From positions 832,001 to 896,000 of the forward strand of contig CM000431.1 in the NCBI GenBank assembly GCA_000165345.1: a DNA stretch of 64,000 nt, in the 5' to 3' direction. A program made the translations under genes and the position numbers. Below are positions 20,201 through 29,520 of this stretch, piece by piece. Within the stretch, counting starts at the first letter, position 1. Each line of letters opens with the position of its first letter. Below the pieces are notes generated by a model, which searched no databases, was not told where the DNA came from, and was given only the letters and a program-made list of their open reading frames with translations.

Positions 20201-21817
20201 CATACTCCGGATGCATTTGTCGGAATTAATGAAGATTTTAGTAGTAAATTTAAATTAACTGAAATCACCTTATATAAAGTAATTGTATTATTTATCTCCC
20301 AAGGCTTTATAAAAAGTTCTAGAAGGCCAAAAAAATGGAGATTTATCATGAGTAAAGAAGAAGTGATAATATCTATTTTAAAAATGATTAAAAGAAAAAA
20401 TCACAGTACCCTTAAGGGACTTTCTAGGAAAAGTGTAAATGTTTTACTTCATTTCCTTACTTTATACTCTCAAGTGATTAAACTTGTAAATGAAAATGGA
20501 CAGGCAATTAATTCAGTATTATCAAAGAATACCTTTAAATCATTGGGTTTTAATGGAGTTATTGAAATAAAAAATGACTATACTGAATTCAAATCTATTT
20601 TAAAAGAGAATAGTGAAATTTTTGCATCACTAAAATCGGATCTAACACAGATATTAAACAATAATATAGACCTTCAGAATACAAAAAATAGTGAGAAGAT
20701 TGTCTCTAGATTTATGGATAATCTTGAAATTCTTTCAAATTCAATCAATTCAATCCCAGATTCTTTAAATCATTTTGCTGTTAACTCATTTTATTCGTTT
20801 ATTTATTCTACATGCAATAATATCCCCTTCAAGGAATCAGAAAATAACTCAACAAAACTCTATTATAGTTTGGGAAATAATTTGATAATTAAACCATTTA
20901 ATTTGAATGTCAATCCAAAAGGAGATTTGGGTGATTACTTGTCCCGAATTCGGGGAGAGCATAACCTTACAGCAATTACTTTTGAAAACCATAAATCAAG
21001 TATAGAAGCAATTACTAAGATTTGGAATGATCATAAAGAATCACTGGAAGACACCATAAATCATGATTCTGATTCTAAAGAAGATGTTGATCACAAAGTT
21101 ATAAAACTAGAAGATATTCCAAATGATAAAAAGCATGTTACTTGCTGCTTTTTTGGACATACTACTGATTCAAACACTAAAGATAAGTCAAATGTTGAAT
21201 TTTTGCTTATTAGCAAAACCATTTCCAATTTACAAGTTTTGCTTTCTTTGCCTTTTATTGGCAGAAGTTATGACTTCCAAGTTTCATATTTGATTTTTAT
21301 TCACGGTTGGAAATTGGCATTCTTGACTGTTTCTCCTATGTCAAAACTATTTGAAATTCCATCAAATGAGACGAATTATGATATTATAATTAATGAAAAA
21401 CTTCCTAATAATTCAGTGGAAAATGAAAGTGTTAAGGAATTTAGTTCAAATCCTGAGATTGACGAATTTGAAGGAATTGGTAATAAGACAAGTTTGTTGC
21501 TAACATCCTTATTACCTTTTAGAGAAAATGGACATTCTCATATTACTTTAATTTCTGAAAAATTTAATCCTGTAATCTCAAACGTTGCAATTAACCTTTT
21601 AGGTGAAGACTTTTCAAAATTATCAAGCCTGGATGCGAATGAATATGGGGTACAGACTTTGGAAGTTCAAGTAAATGAACAGCCATTGGAGGGAATTCTG
21701 AAAAAAGGACTAAGTGAAGATGACTCTAAACTGGATCCTGTGAAAACTCTAAGAATTTTAGCAATTAGACTTTGGGATAAGAGGATAATGCTAAAAGGAG
21801 ATTTAGGATATATGTGA
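17207..21817 (+). CDS. Multidomain RNA ligase / polynucleotide kinase / 2H-phosphoesterase candidate (Trl1-type tRNA ligase-like), 1536 aa.
   Basis: The track starts this ORF at GTG 17150; the first ATG is 17207. Nucleotidyltransferase motif I EKLDGE (K157, nt 17618) matches T4 Rnl1 TEKIDG. Motif IV EGIVLY is at 18242..18259 and motif V AFKIKS at 18311..18319. P-loop VLPCGIPGSGKS (19643..19666) matches T4 Pnk GCPGSGKS, with Asp855 17 residues after the P-loop Lys. C-terminal HVTC (21134..21145) and HITL (21539..21550) lie about 135 aa apart, which is 2H phosphoesterase spacing. Confidence 0.85.
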   Translation: MDLSISPNSLLKELIANKEFVHIVSTDVLAVTDNCLDFIWDVGISGPRGSESKIFNSNKHLVGLIRRGLSFGIKLSLEKAKKSKKWFEYDPNKIKVWILKRGMEKFGDLLFDFEKRLDQITPILGENLKGLKIVALEKLDGENSQISYFDTTDQWVIGSKNVTILCRDINDLESTLYAESRYESVKVSAYSWFRTLEQFKACSKGDFVAKINDLKKLLMNNTLLCETIGNSNRQHIINYLDITTPQLYFTGLVSKENKRDSCYNPVSLMQFLDPFFFKYTAKFVDLPSQSIVSESLEKRIFGNISISFSPICSFNNQSFDFQSIDELCNYLSVIQSIILTLRTNTEGIVLYLINSGQKLDQDIVLSAFKIKSLQFSTLRLIRENLKNSIIKNFAINGLDEYKEAMTQPYKNHNSIMKYSIDNFWFSVYKYLIISVQNNAENFFNVIDKNFKIIRKQISNVYNIFDIEIVNQIENEFVFFKQLLLYSSIYLIDQIIYLNLNNTKTDSVQLSRYFFDSFSSFISDIKSQISCSRKLTGIPPSICSTCNVNSSGSVIVSPSHFGSIPSGSTIEFMVPPFNWSWKEIKDMLSSDFSLSHDTWILNKDEYYVTLDQKDSSESFLFPFSKTKYHLFVNLRHVFDDCVSRERNQLYSYYKIFVPNKHKLSTDSNNEVIFTRTENSIKLSTFRSSSVRLFWKMIGKLDSATKTTIINEIGTKGYNQLNQNQQLVRKLETLPLKFPWVNKSCTYIFPSGYAINIRDFEHLLYAIFGSSDFKYVVNSFYNCETNQDLSETVNIKESPTGNGLKLETTFVLPCGIPGSGKSFMLKSFIKKQMSIRKDSYYVSALTSGEHVTKFDMEDESIYSLIVSSNNKSNSSKDKRFDLIFYVSKDGCTRSILNGFKWNYNALFSEKIPKTYTNYSLPADSSEDSLSETEFRKLSKKSKFCMNFIIESFINLCSEIVKGNYEKGSTKDESFPEWVKHLKSEYNFTRNLRILILVDMNHTPDAFVGINEDFSSKFKLTEITLYKVIVLFISQGFIKSSRRPKKWRFIMSKEEVIISILKMIKRKNHSTLKGLSRKSVNVLLHFLTLYSQVIKLVNENGQAINSVLSKNTFKSLGFNGVIEIKNDYTEFKSILKENSEIFASLKSDLTQILNNNIDLQNTKNSEKIVSRFMDNLEILSNSINSIPDSLNHFAVNSFYSFIYSTCNNIPFKESENNSTKLYYSLGNNLIIKPFNLNVNPKGDLGDYLSRIRGEHNLTAITFENHKSSIEAITKIWNDHKESLEDTINHDSDSKEDVDHKVIKLEDIPNDKKHVTCCFFGHTTDSNTKDKSNVEFLLISKTISNLQVLLSLPFIGRSYDFQVSYLIFIHGWKLAFLTVSPMSKLFEIPSNETNYDIIINEKLPNNSVENESVKEFSSNPEIDEFEGIGNKTSLLLTSLLPFRENGHSHITLISEKFNPVISNVAINLLGEDFSKLSSLDANEYGVQTLEVQVNEQPLEGILKKGLSEDDSKLDPVKTLRILAIRLWDKRIMLKGDLGYM

Positions 21818-21977
21818 AACTAGATATTTAAATATAGGTGATCATTTTATATATTGGTGGCACATCTACAGTTACAGCAGTAATATTAAAGAGAAGCAGG
21901 GGAATATTTCTCTTTTTTATTCAATGTTGTGTATATTTATATTTATAATTATGTATAGCTTGGTTTTAAACATGCAT

Positions 21978-23174
21978 TTACAATATAAAATAGGGGCACT
22001 TATTAGAAATGAACCAATGTTCAAAATCTTCAATAGAAATCATATTATCTGAATCCTTATCCAAATGATCGAATATGATTTCTATTTCACTTTTTGAAAT
22101 ACTGAAAGGGAAATTCAATGACTTTAATCCGTTGAATAGCTCATCCTGGTTGATTTGGCCATTTCCATCTTCATCCAAAGCATTAAAAAAACGGTGGATT
22201 TTTTTAAGCTTATATTCAGGGTCGTGATCTTTGCTTATTTTAATATTTCCCAATTCAGAATGGGAAATTTCATCTCTATTATAAATACCTAGATCTTCTA
22301 AATCCCTGCTCCCGTAATACTTGAGGATATTTAGAATCTTTCTTAGCTTTGAAGCTGCTAATATCCCAAATATAATGTTAAGTATTCCTGTAAGCCCTAC
22401 AAATAGTGACATGAGTGAGAAGTATGTAGATTGAGTTAAATATAGAGAAATGGTGCAGAGCAGAATTTGTATAGATCCTCTTCCAACTGATAGTTCTAGG
22501 AATTTGAACCAAGTGCGAACAAATATCTCTATGTGCTTGATTCGCTTCTTTTTAGATACTTCAATGATTAAAACTACAGAGGATATGGATATAATATATA
22601 GCGAGATGACTATTGCTAGCAAGTTTATTGAGATCAGTCCAAAAATGCAGTTTAGGGTACCCATCAAGAACAGGTTTGCGGTTGCTACCTGAGATAAAAC
22701 CCTGAATGATTTTTGTCCCTTAAAAACCTGATCCCTAAACTCTAAATACTGCTCCAATAGGTCCTGTTTTACTTCTAGAAATGAATTCACCGCTTCTTTC
22801 TTTAAGTTTTGAAAAAGTTCATTATCCGTTTTATCTTGGATATCAATTTTTTGTTCATACCGTTCTTTTTTCAGGAGGTGAGCACTTTCGTCGTTGCTGA
22901 GGTTCCCCTGTCCAGGTTCCCCATTTTCCTTTAAACTAACACTCTCTATCTCCCCGTCACATTTCTTCCCATTTGTATTTCCAAGGTTTACTTTGATTTT
23001 ACTTCCCTTGTCGATATTTCTCGACTTTTCGCTATGATTAGCCTTATTGTTTTCATTTTCCTGATTATTTTCCCTTTCATATTCATCCTCATAAATAACA
23101 ACGGAATCTTTGGAAGATCTGAGCTCCTTTTTGTCGGAATCTGGAGTTTTATGGTCGGGATTGTTTCTTCTCAT
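21978..23174 (-). CDS. Multipass membrane protein with two C-terminal EF-hand Ca2+-binding loops.
   Basis: The track ORF starts at a TTG (23219); the first ATG is 23174..23172 (MRRNNPDHK). Several hydrophobic helices. C-terminal DEDGNGQINQDELFNGL and DKDSDNMISIEDFEHWF are canonical EF-hand loops. Confidence 0.75.
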   Translation of the reverse strand: MRRNNPDHKTPDSDKKELRSSKDSVVIYEDEYERENNQENENNKANHSEKSRNIDKGSKIKVNLGNTNGKKCDGEIESVSLKENGEPGQGNLSNDESAHLLKKERYEQKIDIQDKTDNELFQNLKKEAVNSFLEVKQDLLEQYLEFRDQVFKGQKSFRVLSQVATANLFLMGTLNCIFGLISINLLAIVISLYIISISSVVLIIEVSKKKRIKHIEIFVRTWFKFLELSVGRGSIQILLCTISLYLTQSTYFSLMSLFVGLTGILNIIFGILAASKLRKILNILKYYGSRDLEDLGIYNRDEISHSELGNIKISKDHDPEYKLKKIHRFFNALDEDGNGQINQDELFNGLKSLNFPFSISKSEIEIIFDHLDKDSDNMISIEDFEHWFISNKCPYFIL

Positions 23175-23743
23175 TTCAATAAAGAATGTGAGAATAGAAA
23201 CAATATAAACATAGATCAAAAAGTAGTTTATTTTTAAAAAACTTAAACAAAGAAAGAAATGACAATTTTTATTATTTTTTTTCCAAATTATTCAGGCCTC
23301 TAAATCCTATACCGGCATTGGGTATCGGATTTTTTTTTATATAAAAATGCATCTACGTGGCCCCCCACAAAGTAATTAGTCCCCCCTCTTCTATAAATAT
23401 ATTTTTTATATGAAAGATTTAATATATTAGAAATTAAATAGATAAAATTTGGAGTAAATATCTTAGTAAAGAGGAGGAAAGTGAAATGAATATAGATTAA
23501 CAAATATATCTAAAATATAAACCTAGACATAAATATCCTAACTTAACTTAAATCTAAATGGTTTTTAAAATATGATTTTAAATCTGATGAATTTCTAATG
23601 TATTTTTAAACATATTCTCTTGCTAAATTAATAAAATAATAACCTTTTTACCTGAATTTCCCAGAATCTGGTAGTTTATTGCATTCATACTGAAATAGCT
23701 AGGATTTTACTCGGATTATTTTAAAGCAATTATATTCAACCCC

Positions 23744-26700
23744 TTATTCAACCACTTTTATTAGCTGGAATAGATTTCCCTTCCTCTGTAGTGCACATGT
23801 ACCTGGCTCAATAAAGTCACCTTTGACTGCATTGTGAAGAGTAATACTTGGATCCATAGGCCACCAATTAAATGGCCTTGCATACCATCCTAAAGTATTT
23901 CCAAGAGCTGTAGTTTGGGGAACATCCTCCAATGTTGGAATATGCCAAATCCCAGATGTAACCCAAGTTACTACGTCTCTATGTCGGATAACTTCATCAT
24001 CCATAATGAACGAATCAAATCTGACAGCAGGTTTTGAAGCGAATTTATTATCTCTTGGAAGATCTGCATCAAGTTCTGAGTACTTAAACACGGAAGAAGC
24101 CAAATCATACTTTGACCAAGATGCTGGTCCTGAGTAAAGCTCATGTTCAGGCATCAAGTCTGCAATAGATTTAATAGATTTTATCATAAACCCACCAACA
24201 TTCCCATAAGTTTGTAATTTTTCATCAACAACAAAGTATGCTTTAGGATGATGATGAGTTTCATTCAGCATAGAATAGGCATTTGTTTCTCTTTCTGCTA
24301 TAATTCTCTCCAAAATATGGTGTCCTTCTTTCTCAGGATCTCTCCTTACTTTAACCCAAGCTACAGAATTATCCGTATAGTCTGGTCCAAGATCAAAGTC
24401 GACCTTCCAAACAGCAAAGTGAGAGTGTAAAGCTGCCATTTGTCCAGATGGAGTAATCTGAGTCCCGTATTTCTTTTGTTTAGCAGAGAAATATGGTACT
24501 TCCAGACCTGCATATAGTTCACCTGTAAAGCTGACTCCCATTTCAAATGATCCCTGATTATACAAAATAAGGTCTACAATGTAATCGTAGTTGGAGACTG
24601 TAATAATTTGCCTGATAACTAGACTAGTAAGGGGTGCAGCATCTTTAATACCTCCAGATTTCCAATGGGATCTAATTGGTCTTCCAGTATCTAACTCGAA
24701 GATACAGGCACTGCTATCCCAGAAGATAGTCTGAGCAGTGTTTGCGCATTCAAGACCAGGATGGACTTTTCTTGCTGCTGTACCTAAACCTCCGTACCAA
24801 CTGTCCAAGAAGAACCACTGTCTTTCAAATACGGTATAATGAGCCATTGCGTCCACCATTGCAACTTCAAATGCCACTCTTCTTCCTAAAAATGTTAAAT
24901 TCCATATTTTCAGCCCACTATCACGATCATTTGTGAGAGTTAGCTCCCATCCAATCCAATTGACTGTATAAGCCTCTCTATTAGGGGATTTGAAAACTTG
25001 GAATCTTCTACCTCCAGGTTCACAATGTTCAGGTTTAGCTCTGGATTCCAATCCTCCTCTACTAAACATCTCAAGGAACTGAAGCTTTCTTAGCCTTAGT
25101 TCATTCATATGTTTTTCTCTTTGTATTCTTCTCTCTTGTAGAATATTTGGAGTTACAAGTTTTAAAGGAAGGTTGCTAAATGGAGTACCTGAGCTCTGAC
25201 TTTCTTCAATACTTGCTTTGGCTTCATTGTAAGTACTAACCAAGTCCTGAAGAGTTTTAAAAGAAGTTCCATCATACCAAATCCTATTTACCAACATCTG
25301 ATGCATCCTGTCAAACTCTATCTTTGCGTGGCCATTTCTAATGCTCTCTAATGTTGTATAAGGTGCCTTCAATTCGAAAAATATTGGACACTGATTACCT
25401 TCTTTTGTTTTCAAGCCTATCCATAGCTTTGGCTCTGCATCTTCATCCTCATCTTCTTCATCTACATCTTTTCTTTCCTGTTCTTCCTCATTCTCTGAAG
25501 TAACGTTGTGAGGTTGATAAATTATTGGACCTAATTTGACATAATCCTTTCCAAATACTTGGTCTCTGGGAAGATAATTTCCACAAGTTTCGAATACTAT
25601 CTTATCCAAAGAATTCTGTTCCAAAAGCTCTCCCAATTTAAGCATTGGAATTGAGAATCTTGTTTTTCCTTCATCATTTATTATAATCTGCTCCAGCCTC
25701 CTCCCAAAAGGTCCAGTAGGATTCCAGCCATCACATTCTACTGGTCTTGGCTCAGATATTGGATAATGTTTCATTGCTATAATTTTCTCATCTTCACTTA
25801 CGTTGCTAGTAGTGTTTGAATCTGCGACATTCCATAAGCCGATATTCTCAGTCTCTTTTTTGGTAAGAATAATAGGTCCAACTTTCCACTGATGGTAAAG
25901 ACCATTCAATCCAAGAGGATCAACCATATTTTCAGTTTCATTGCAAGATCCAAACCTAACTCTTGCATATCTCTCTGGAGGGTTTGGCTTTGGGTAAAGC
26001 TCTGGAGTCCTTTTATGTAGATCTAGGGAATCCAAATATTCATAGGCCTCAGTCTTATTCACAAACAATGTGACCCTATAAGGACCTTTTGACCCAACTG
26101 ACTCCTTTACTGAGTCAAAGTAGCTCCTAACTTTCATTTCTTCTAAATATGTCAAAGGATCAAAAGGTGTTTCCATTCCATTTTCTACTTCTGAAGGGTA
26201 TGAAGGGATATCACAAAACTTTCCAAAAGAAGAAATATCCTTTGCTGTTGCCCATATATCTGAGATAGTCATTGTTAGTCCTGTCCTACTCTGAGCCATA
26301 CAATAAATAATATACTTTTGGTTGCCTTCAATTCCATTCAAGATTAGTTGCTTTTCTTCTTTAGGATCACTTACTTCAGTATTTTGGCCATACTTTTCGA
26401 TTTCACTTGGACTTGGATACATACCTTCTGGTAGAGTTGCTACACAAGTTATCTTTCCAGGGGTATCACTCTTTACAACAATATTAAATCTTCCAAGTTC
26501 CGGTACAATCCTCGTGATCTCAATTTTTGGAACTCTATCTTTAGTTGTGACTCTCTTGGTTAAGTTTGCCAACACTTTTTCAAAGCTTATTCTATTTGAT
26601 CTTGGTAATGCTAAATCCTCTGCCAAACAGACTATATCATATTCTGTGGATGGAATTAAATTCCTAATTGATAGTTTAATATCTCCACTAATATCCTTAC

Positions 26701-29053
26701 TGGAGATATTTTTCTCAACTCCACTACTTTTTATAAGTTTTACAAGCCTCTGTTCATCAATATGGTCTTTGTTTGCCAAATCTCTAATTCTTGAAAAGTT
26801 GTTATTATTGTCTGCCATACACCAAATCGTTCCTGATTCATTAATCTTCAAAGTAAGCTCAACACTTTCCTCTAATGTTTTAAATTGCTTTATTTCAAGT
26901 TCTGGACTCTTTGAATCAGTAGTTACTCTTATTCTTGAGTATTCAACAGAAAGATCATCCACACTAGAAACAGAGTCAGTATTTCCCTTATTCTTAATGA
27001 TTCTACTAACTTCCTCAGAGAAGCAGAAGAGATCGTACTCTGTATTTGGTCTAATTTCACCCTTAGAAAATGATGAAATAACAAATGTATGACTCTCCTT
27101 TATATTTAAAGATTTCGGGGCTCTTTGTCCATATTTCTTAAGAACTGATACTGTTGGTGTAATAGCTCCTGCTCTGGTAATTCCACACCAAACATCCACT
27201 CCCTCTCTGTTGGACTTTATTGTAGCTCTAATTGTTTTTTCATCTGCTTCAACCTTTTCTATCTGTATTGAACCAATACTTAATTCAGTCTTAAGGCTAG
27301 ATCCTTGCTTGAATCCTTCTCCAACTTTAATCACTTCATCAAAGAACCTGAATTCCAAGTAGCTTCCACTATTCCATCCATCTCCGTAAGAATCATGCAA
27401 GCTTACAGTGTAGTTTCCATATCCTGGTAGACAGCATGGAATCCAGTCAGTACTTGAAACAAGGTCAGAATTTACATTAATATTATTGAAAGAGTAGGTT
27501 CTTCCACTACATCCCAAAGCTCCCTCTACTTCCCAAGACTTCTCAGTTGTGAAGTTACTACTTACAAGCCTTACTTCTCCCCATACACATCTTTGGTCCT
27601 CTCTCTCACTAGATCTCATTACCTCATTTGAGCAATGCCCTGATTTTACAATAATATCATCCAAAGCAATCAAGCTATCCTCAGAACGTCCACCAACTCC
27701 CTCAATAATCATTCTCAAGGGAGTTATACCGTCAGAATAGAATTCAAACCCCCCAAATTGCCATGATGGACCCTGCTGCCCTACAACAAGCCAGTTTGGA
27801 CGTCCATAATGCAATGTAGGTTTTGGGATTTTGTTTTCCAGACGATTTCCTTTACCATCAAGTTGAACTGAGTTCAAAAGACCTGATGCCATATACATCC
27901 TTAACACATTTACATCAGCTCCTGCCATGAAATATCTTAAAGTTAGACAATGACTACCAAAGCTATATACCCTTGGATTTCCTATTAATACTGCTGAAGC
28001 TCCTGGCATATATCCTGGTGCTCTAAAGAAAATATAGTGCCCTTCTCCCTTCACTCCTGTAGTTGTATCACTTTCTGGTCTCGACCCAACTATAGTTTCC
28101 TCACCAACTCCAAGTTCAAATCTTGTCTTTGTTTGGTAGTCTAAAAGAGAGCTGAATCCACAACCAAGGTAACCTTGGAGCTCAAAATCACAATTAAATG
28201 ATGAGTTTTCTTTGGTATTTAATAAACCAGCTGAATAAATATGTAATTTTGGGCTCATGGTATCCTTGAATGCTCTACTTCTTGCAGGAGAATAACAAAT
28301 TGTAAAACTATCAGCATCATCTTTAATCCCATTTATACTGAAGATTACTGTCGCCTGCCTAGCAGCAGATTTTTGCATATTATCACCAATAACAAGCTCT
28401 GAAGTCTCGTATGATCTTACTCCTTTAAACGGTCCCAAGCCAATTTTATTTGGTGGACATTTTCTTAGAATATCACTAAGTAGTAAGTTCTTTTGCTTAA
28501 TAGTCTTCTCTGGAGAATAATTTTCATTTTTTAGTAGGTAAATTGAATCATCTTGTGTTAGACCTACTCCAGATATAGCAACTATACAATTTGATCTTTT
28601 AATACAAAAGTATTCTTGAACAATTGGAGAGATTTCTACAATTGAGTTAGAAGGTCCAGATACTGCCTCATCCTCAGCCCCACTTTGTAACATATAGCCT
28701 CTATTCCCTTCTTCTGGACAGGAGGAGGCACCATCTATAATTTCTGTGGGATTTGGAGAATCTTGGGTATACAAATACAAAACACATCCTTTTTCGGATT
28801 TTTTGTCAGAGCTTACTGCCTTTTCTGGATTGTTAGATTTTTCCTGTAAAGATCTTAGCGAAGGTCTGCCTTTAGATTGTTCTTGTCTTTCTGGAAATAA
28901 TAGCTCTTCAATAGCTGAAGGTTCATTCATACTTGGAAGAATTCCCGCATTTCTAGTTAGTGGATTTGAAGCATCAGCTTCATTTATTTGACTACAGATT
29001 AGTTCAGATAAACTGAAAAAAGTCAGAAGCAAGAACTTTAACCAATGAAGCAT
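23744..29053 (-). CDS. Secreted multidomain protein (1769 aa): signal peptide, MAM domain, a Cys-containing GDGW module, three ~90-aa Ig/FN3-like repeats, and a C-terminal copper amine oxidase catalytic domain.
   Basis: Signal peptide MLHWLKFLLLTFFSLSELICS. MAM-like block FNCDFELQGYLGCGF...GHYIFF...IALDDIIVKSGHC at about 27640..28200. CAO TPQ consensus TVSNYDYIVD (NYDY at 24581..24592), copper ligands HSH and GIWHIPTLEDVP. Three repeats each end in ..TEYD..C.(A/S)E. Confidence 0.9.
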   Translation of the reverse strand: MLHWLKFLLLTFFSLSELICSQINEADASNPLTRNAGILPSMNEPSAIEELLFPERQEQSKGRPSLRSLQEKSNNPEKAVSSDKKSEKGCVLYLYTQDSPNPTEIIDGASSCPEEGNRGYMLQSGAEDEAVSGPSNSIVEISPIVQEYFCIKRSNCIVAISGVGLTQDDSIYLLKNENYSPEKTIKQKNLLLSDILRKCPPNKIGLGPFKGVRSYETSELVIGDNMQKSAARQATVIFSINGIKDDADSFTICYSPARSRAFKDTMSPKLHIYSAGLLNTKENSSFNCDFELQGYLGCGFSSLLDYQTKTRFELGVGEETIVGSRPESDTTTGVKGEGHYIFFRAPGYMPGASAVLIGNPRVYSFGSHCLTLRYFMAGADVNVLRMYMASGLLNSVQLDGKGNRLENKIPKPTLHYGRPNWLVVGQQGPSWQFGGFEFYSDGITPLRMIIEGVGGRSEDSLIALDDIIVKSGHCSNEVMRSSEREDQRCVWGEVRLVSSNFTTEKSWEVEGALGCSGRTYSFNNINVNSDLVSSTDWIPCCLPGYGNYTVSLHDSYGDGWNSGSYLEFRFFDEVIKVGEGFKQGSSLKTELSIGSIQIEKVEADEKTIRATIKSNREGVDVWCGITRAGAITPTVSVLKKYGQRAPKSLNIKESHTFVISSFSKGEIRPNTEYDLFCFSEEVSRIIKNKGNTDSVSSVDDLSVEYSRIRVTTDSKSPELEIKQFKTLEESVELTLKINESGTIWCMADNNNNFSRIRDLANKDHIDEQRLVKLIKSSGVEKNISSKDISGDIKLSIRNLIPSTEYDIVCLAEDLALPRSNRISFEKVLANLTKRVTTKDRVPKIEITRIVPELGRFNIVVKSDTPGKITCVATLPEGMYPSPSEIEKYGQNTEVSDPKEEKQLILNGIEGNQKYIIYCMAQSRTGLTMTISDIWATAKDISSFGKFCDIPSYPSEVENGMETPFDPLTYLEEMKVRSYFDSVKESVGSKGPYRVTLFVNKTEAYEYLDSLDLHKRTPELYPKPNPPERYARVRFGSCNETENMVDPLGLNGLYHQWKVGPIILTKKETENIGLWNVADSNTTSNVSEDEKIIAMKHYPISEPRPVECDGWNPTGPFGRRLEQIIINDEGKTRFSIPMLKLGELLEQNSLDKIVFETCGNYLPRDQVFGKDYVKLGPIIYQPHNVTSENEEEQERKDVDEEDEDEDAEPKLWIGLKTKEGNQCPIFFELKAPYTTLESIRNGHAKIEFDRMHQMLVNRIWYDGTSFKTLQDLVSTYNEAKASIEESQSSGTPFSNLPLKLVTPNILQERRIQREKHMNELRLRKLQFLEMFSRGGLESRAKPEHCEPGGRRFQVFKSPNREAYTVNWIGWELTLTNDRDSGLKIWNLTFLGRRVAFEVAMVDAMAHYTVFERQWFFLDSWYGGLGTAARKVHPGLECANTAQTIFWDSSACIFELDTGRPIRSHWKSGGIKDAAPLTSLVIRQIITVSNYDYIVDLILYNQGSFEMGVSFTGELYAGLEVPYFSAKQKKYGTQITPSGQMAALHSHFAVWKVDFDLGPDYTDNSVAWVKVRRDPEKEGHHILERIIAERETNAYSMLNETHHHPKAYFVVDEKLQTYGNVGGFMIKSIKSIADLMPEHELYSGPASWSKYDLASSVFKYSELDADLPRDNKFASKPAVRFDSFIMDDEVIRHRDVVTWVTSGIWHIPTLEDVPQTTALGNTLGWYARPFNWWPMDPSITLHNAVKGDFIEPGTCALQRKGNLFQLIKVVE

Positions 29054-29480
29054 CTTTTCTTGATTGTTTAAGCTTAAATTAAGATTATATATAATATTAG
29101 TGAGTTAATTTCGACACTTATTTAGCTGCATTCAGCCTTTTTCTTATGCAAAATAATCTTTATTAAATTTAAGGTTTAAATTAATTAATATTATTTGTTT
29201 ATATTAAAAGAATCTGTAAGCTTTTGAGCACTAGATTTAACTTATTAATGTATTTATCGCCAATACTTATACTCTCTAAGTTAAGAAGAAAAGGGAGGTA
29301 TTGGTGAAAATAGTATTCGAATCTATTTATATTTAGATTGAATAATATTAATTTTTAATTCCCAAAAATTATTTCAATTGATTTATATTTGAGAGAAATC
29401 AAATATTACAAATAATATCACTTTTACATCTTTAGACCTTACTTTATATGAAATTCAAACCTTGTTGCATCTACATGCTC

Positions 29481-29520
29481 GGATTTTTGCATGCAAATTG
29501 CAAACTGCATGCAAAAATCC
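29481..29520. promoter_or_regulatory. 40-nt hairpin-capable palindrome with two TGCATGCA (ApiAP2-type GCATGC) cores: GGATTTTTGCATGCA-AATTGCAAAC-TGCATGCAAAAATCC.
   Basis: Perfect 15-bp inverted arms around a 10-bp near-palindromic spacer. About 430 bp upstream of the MAM/amine-oxidase gene and 210 bp downstream of the mtHSP70 stop. Confidence 0.55.

Noticed and set aside
23297-23395. Short inverted repeat ATACC-GGCATTG-GGTAT and two CCCCCC runs upstream of the EF-hand gene.
   Set aside because: Arms of only 5 bp and C-runs of 6 are within chance expectation. Noted as GC-rich promoter-proximal sequence but not supportable as a discrete element.
26322-27092. 256-aa + strand ORF inside the MAM/amine-oxidase gene.
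   Set aside because: Antisense to a strongly supported 1769-aa CDS. Ser/Leu-rich low complexity, typical of the shadow frame of an AT-rich gene.
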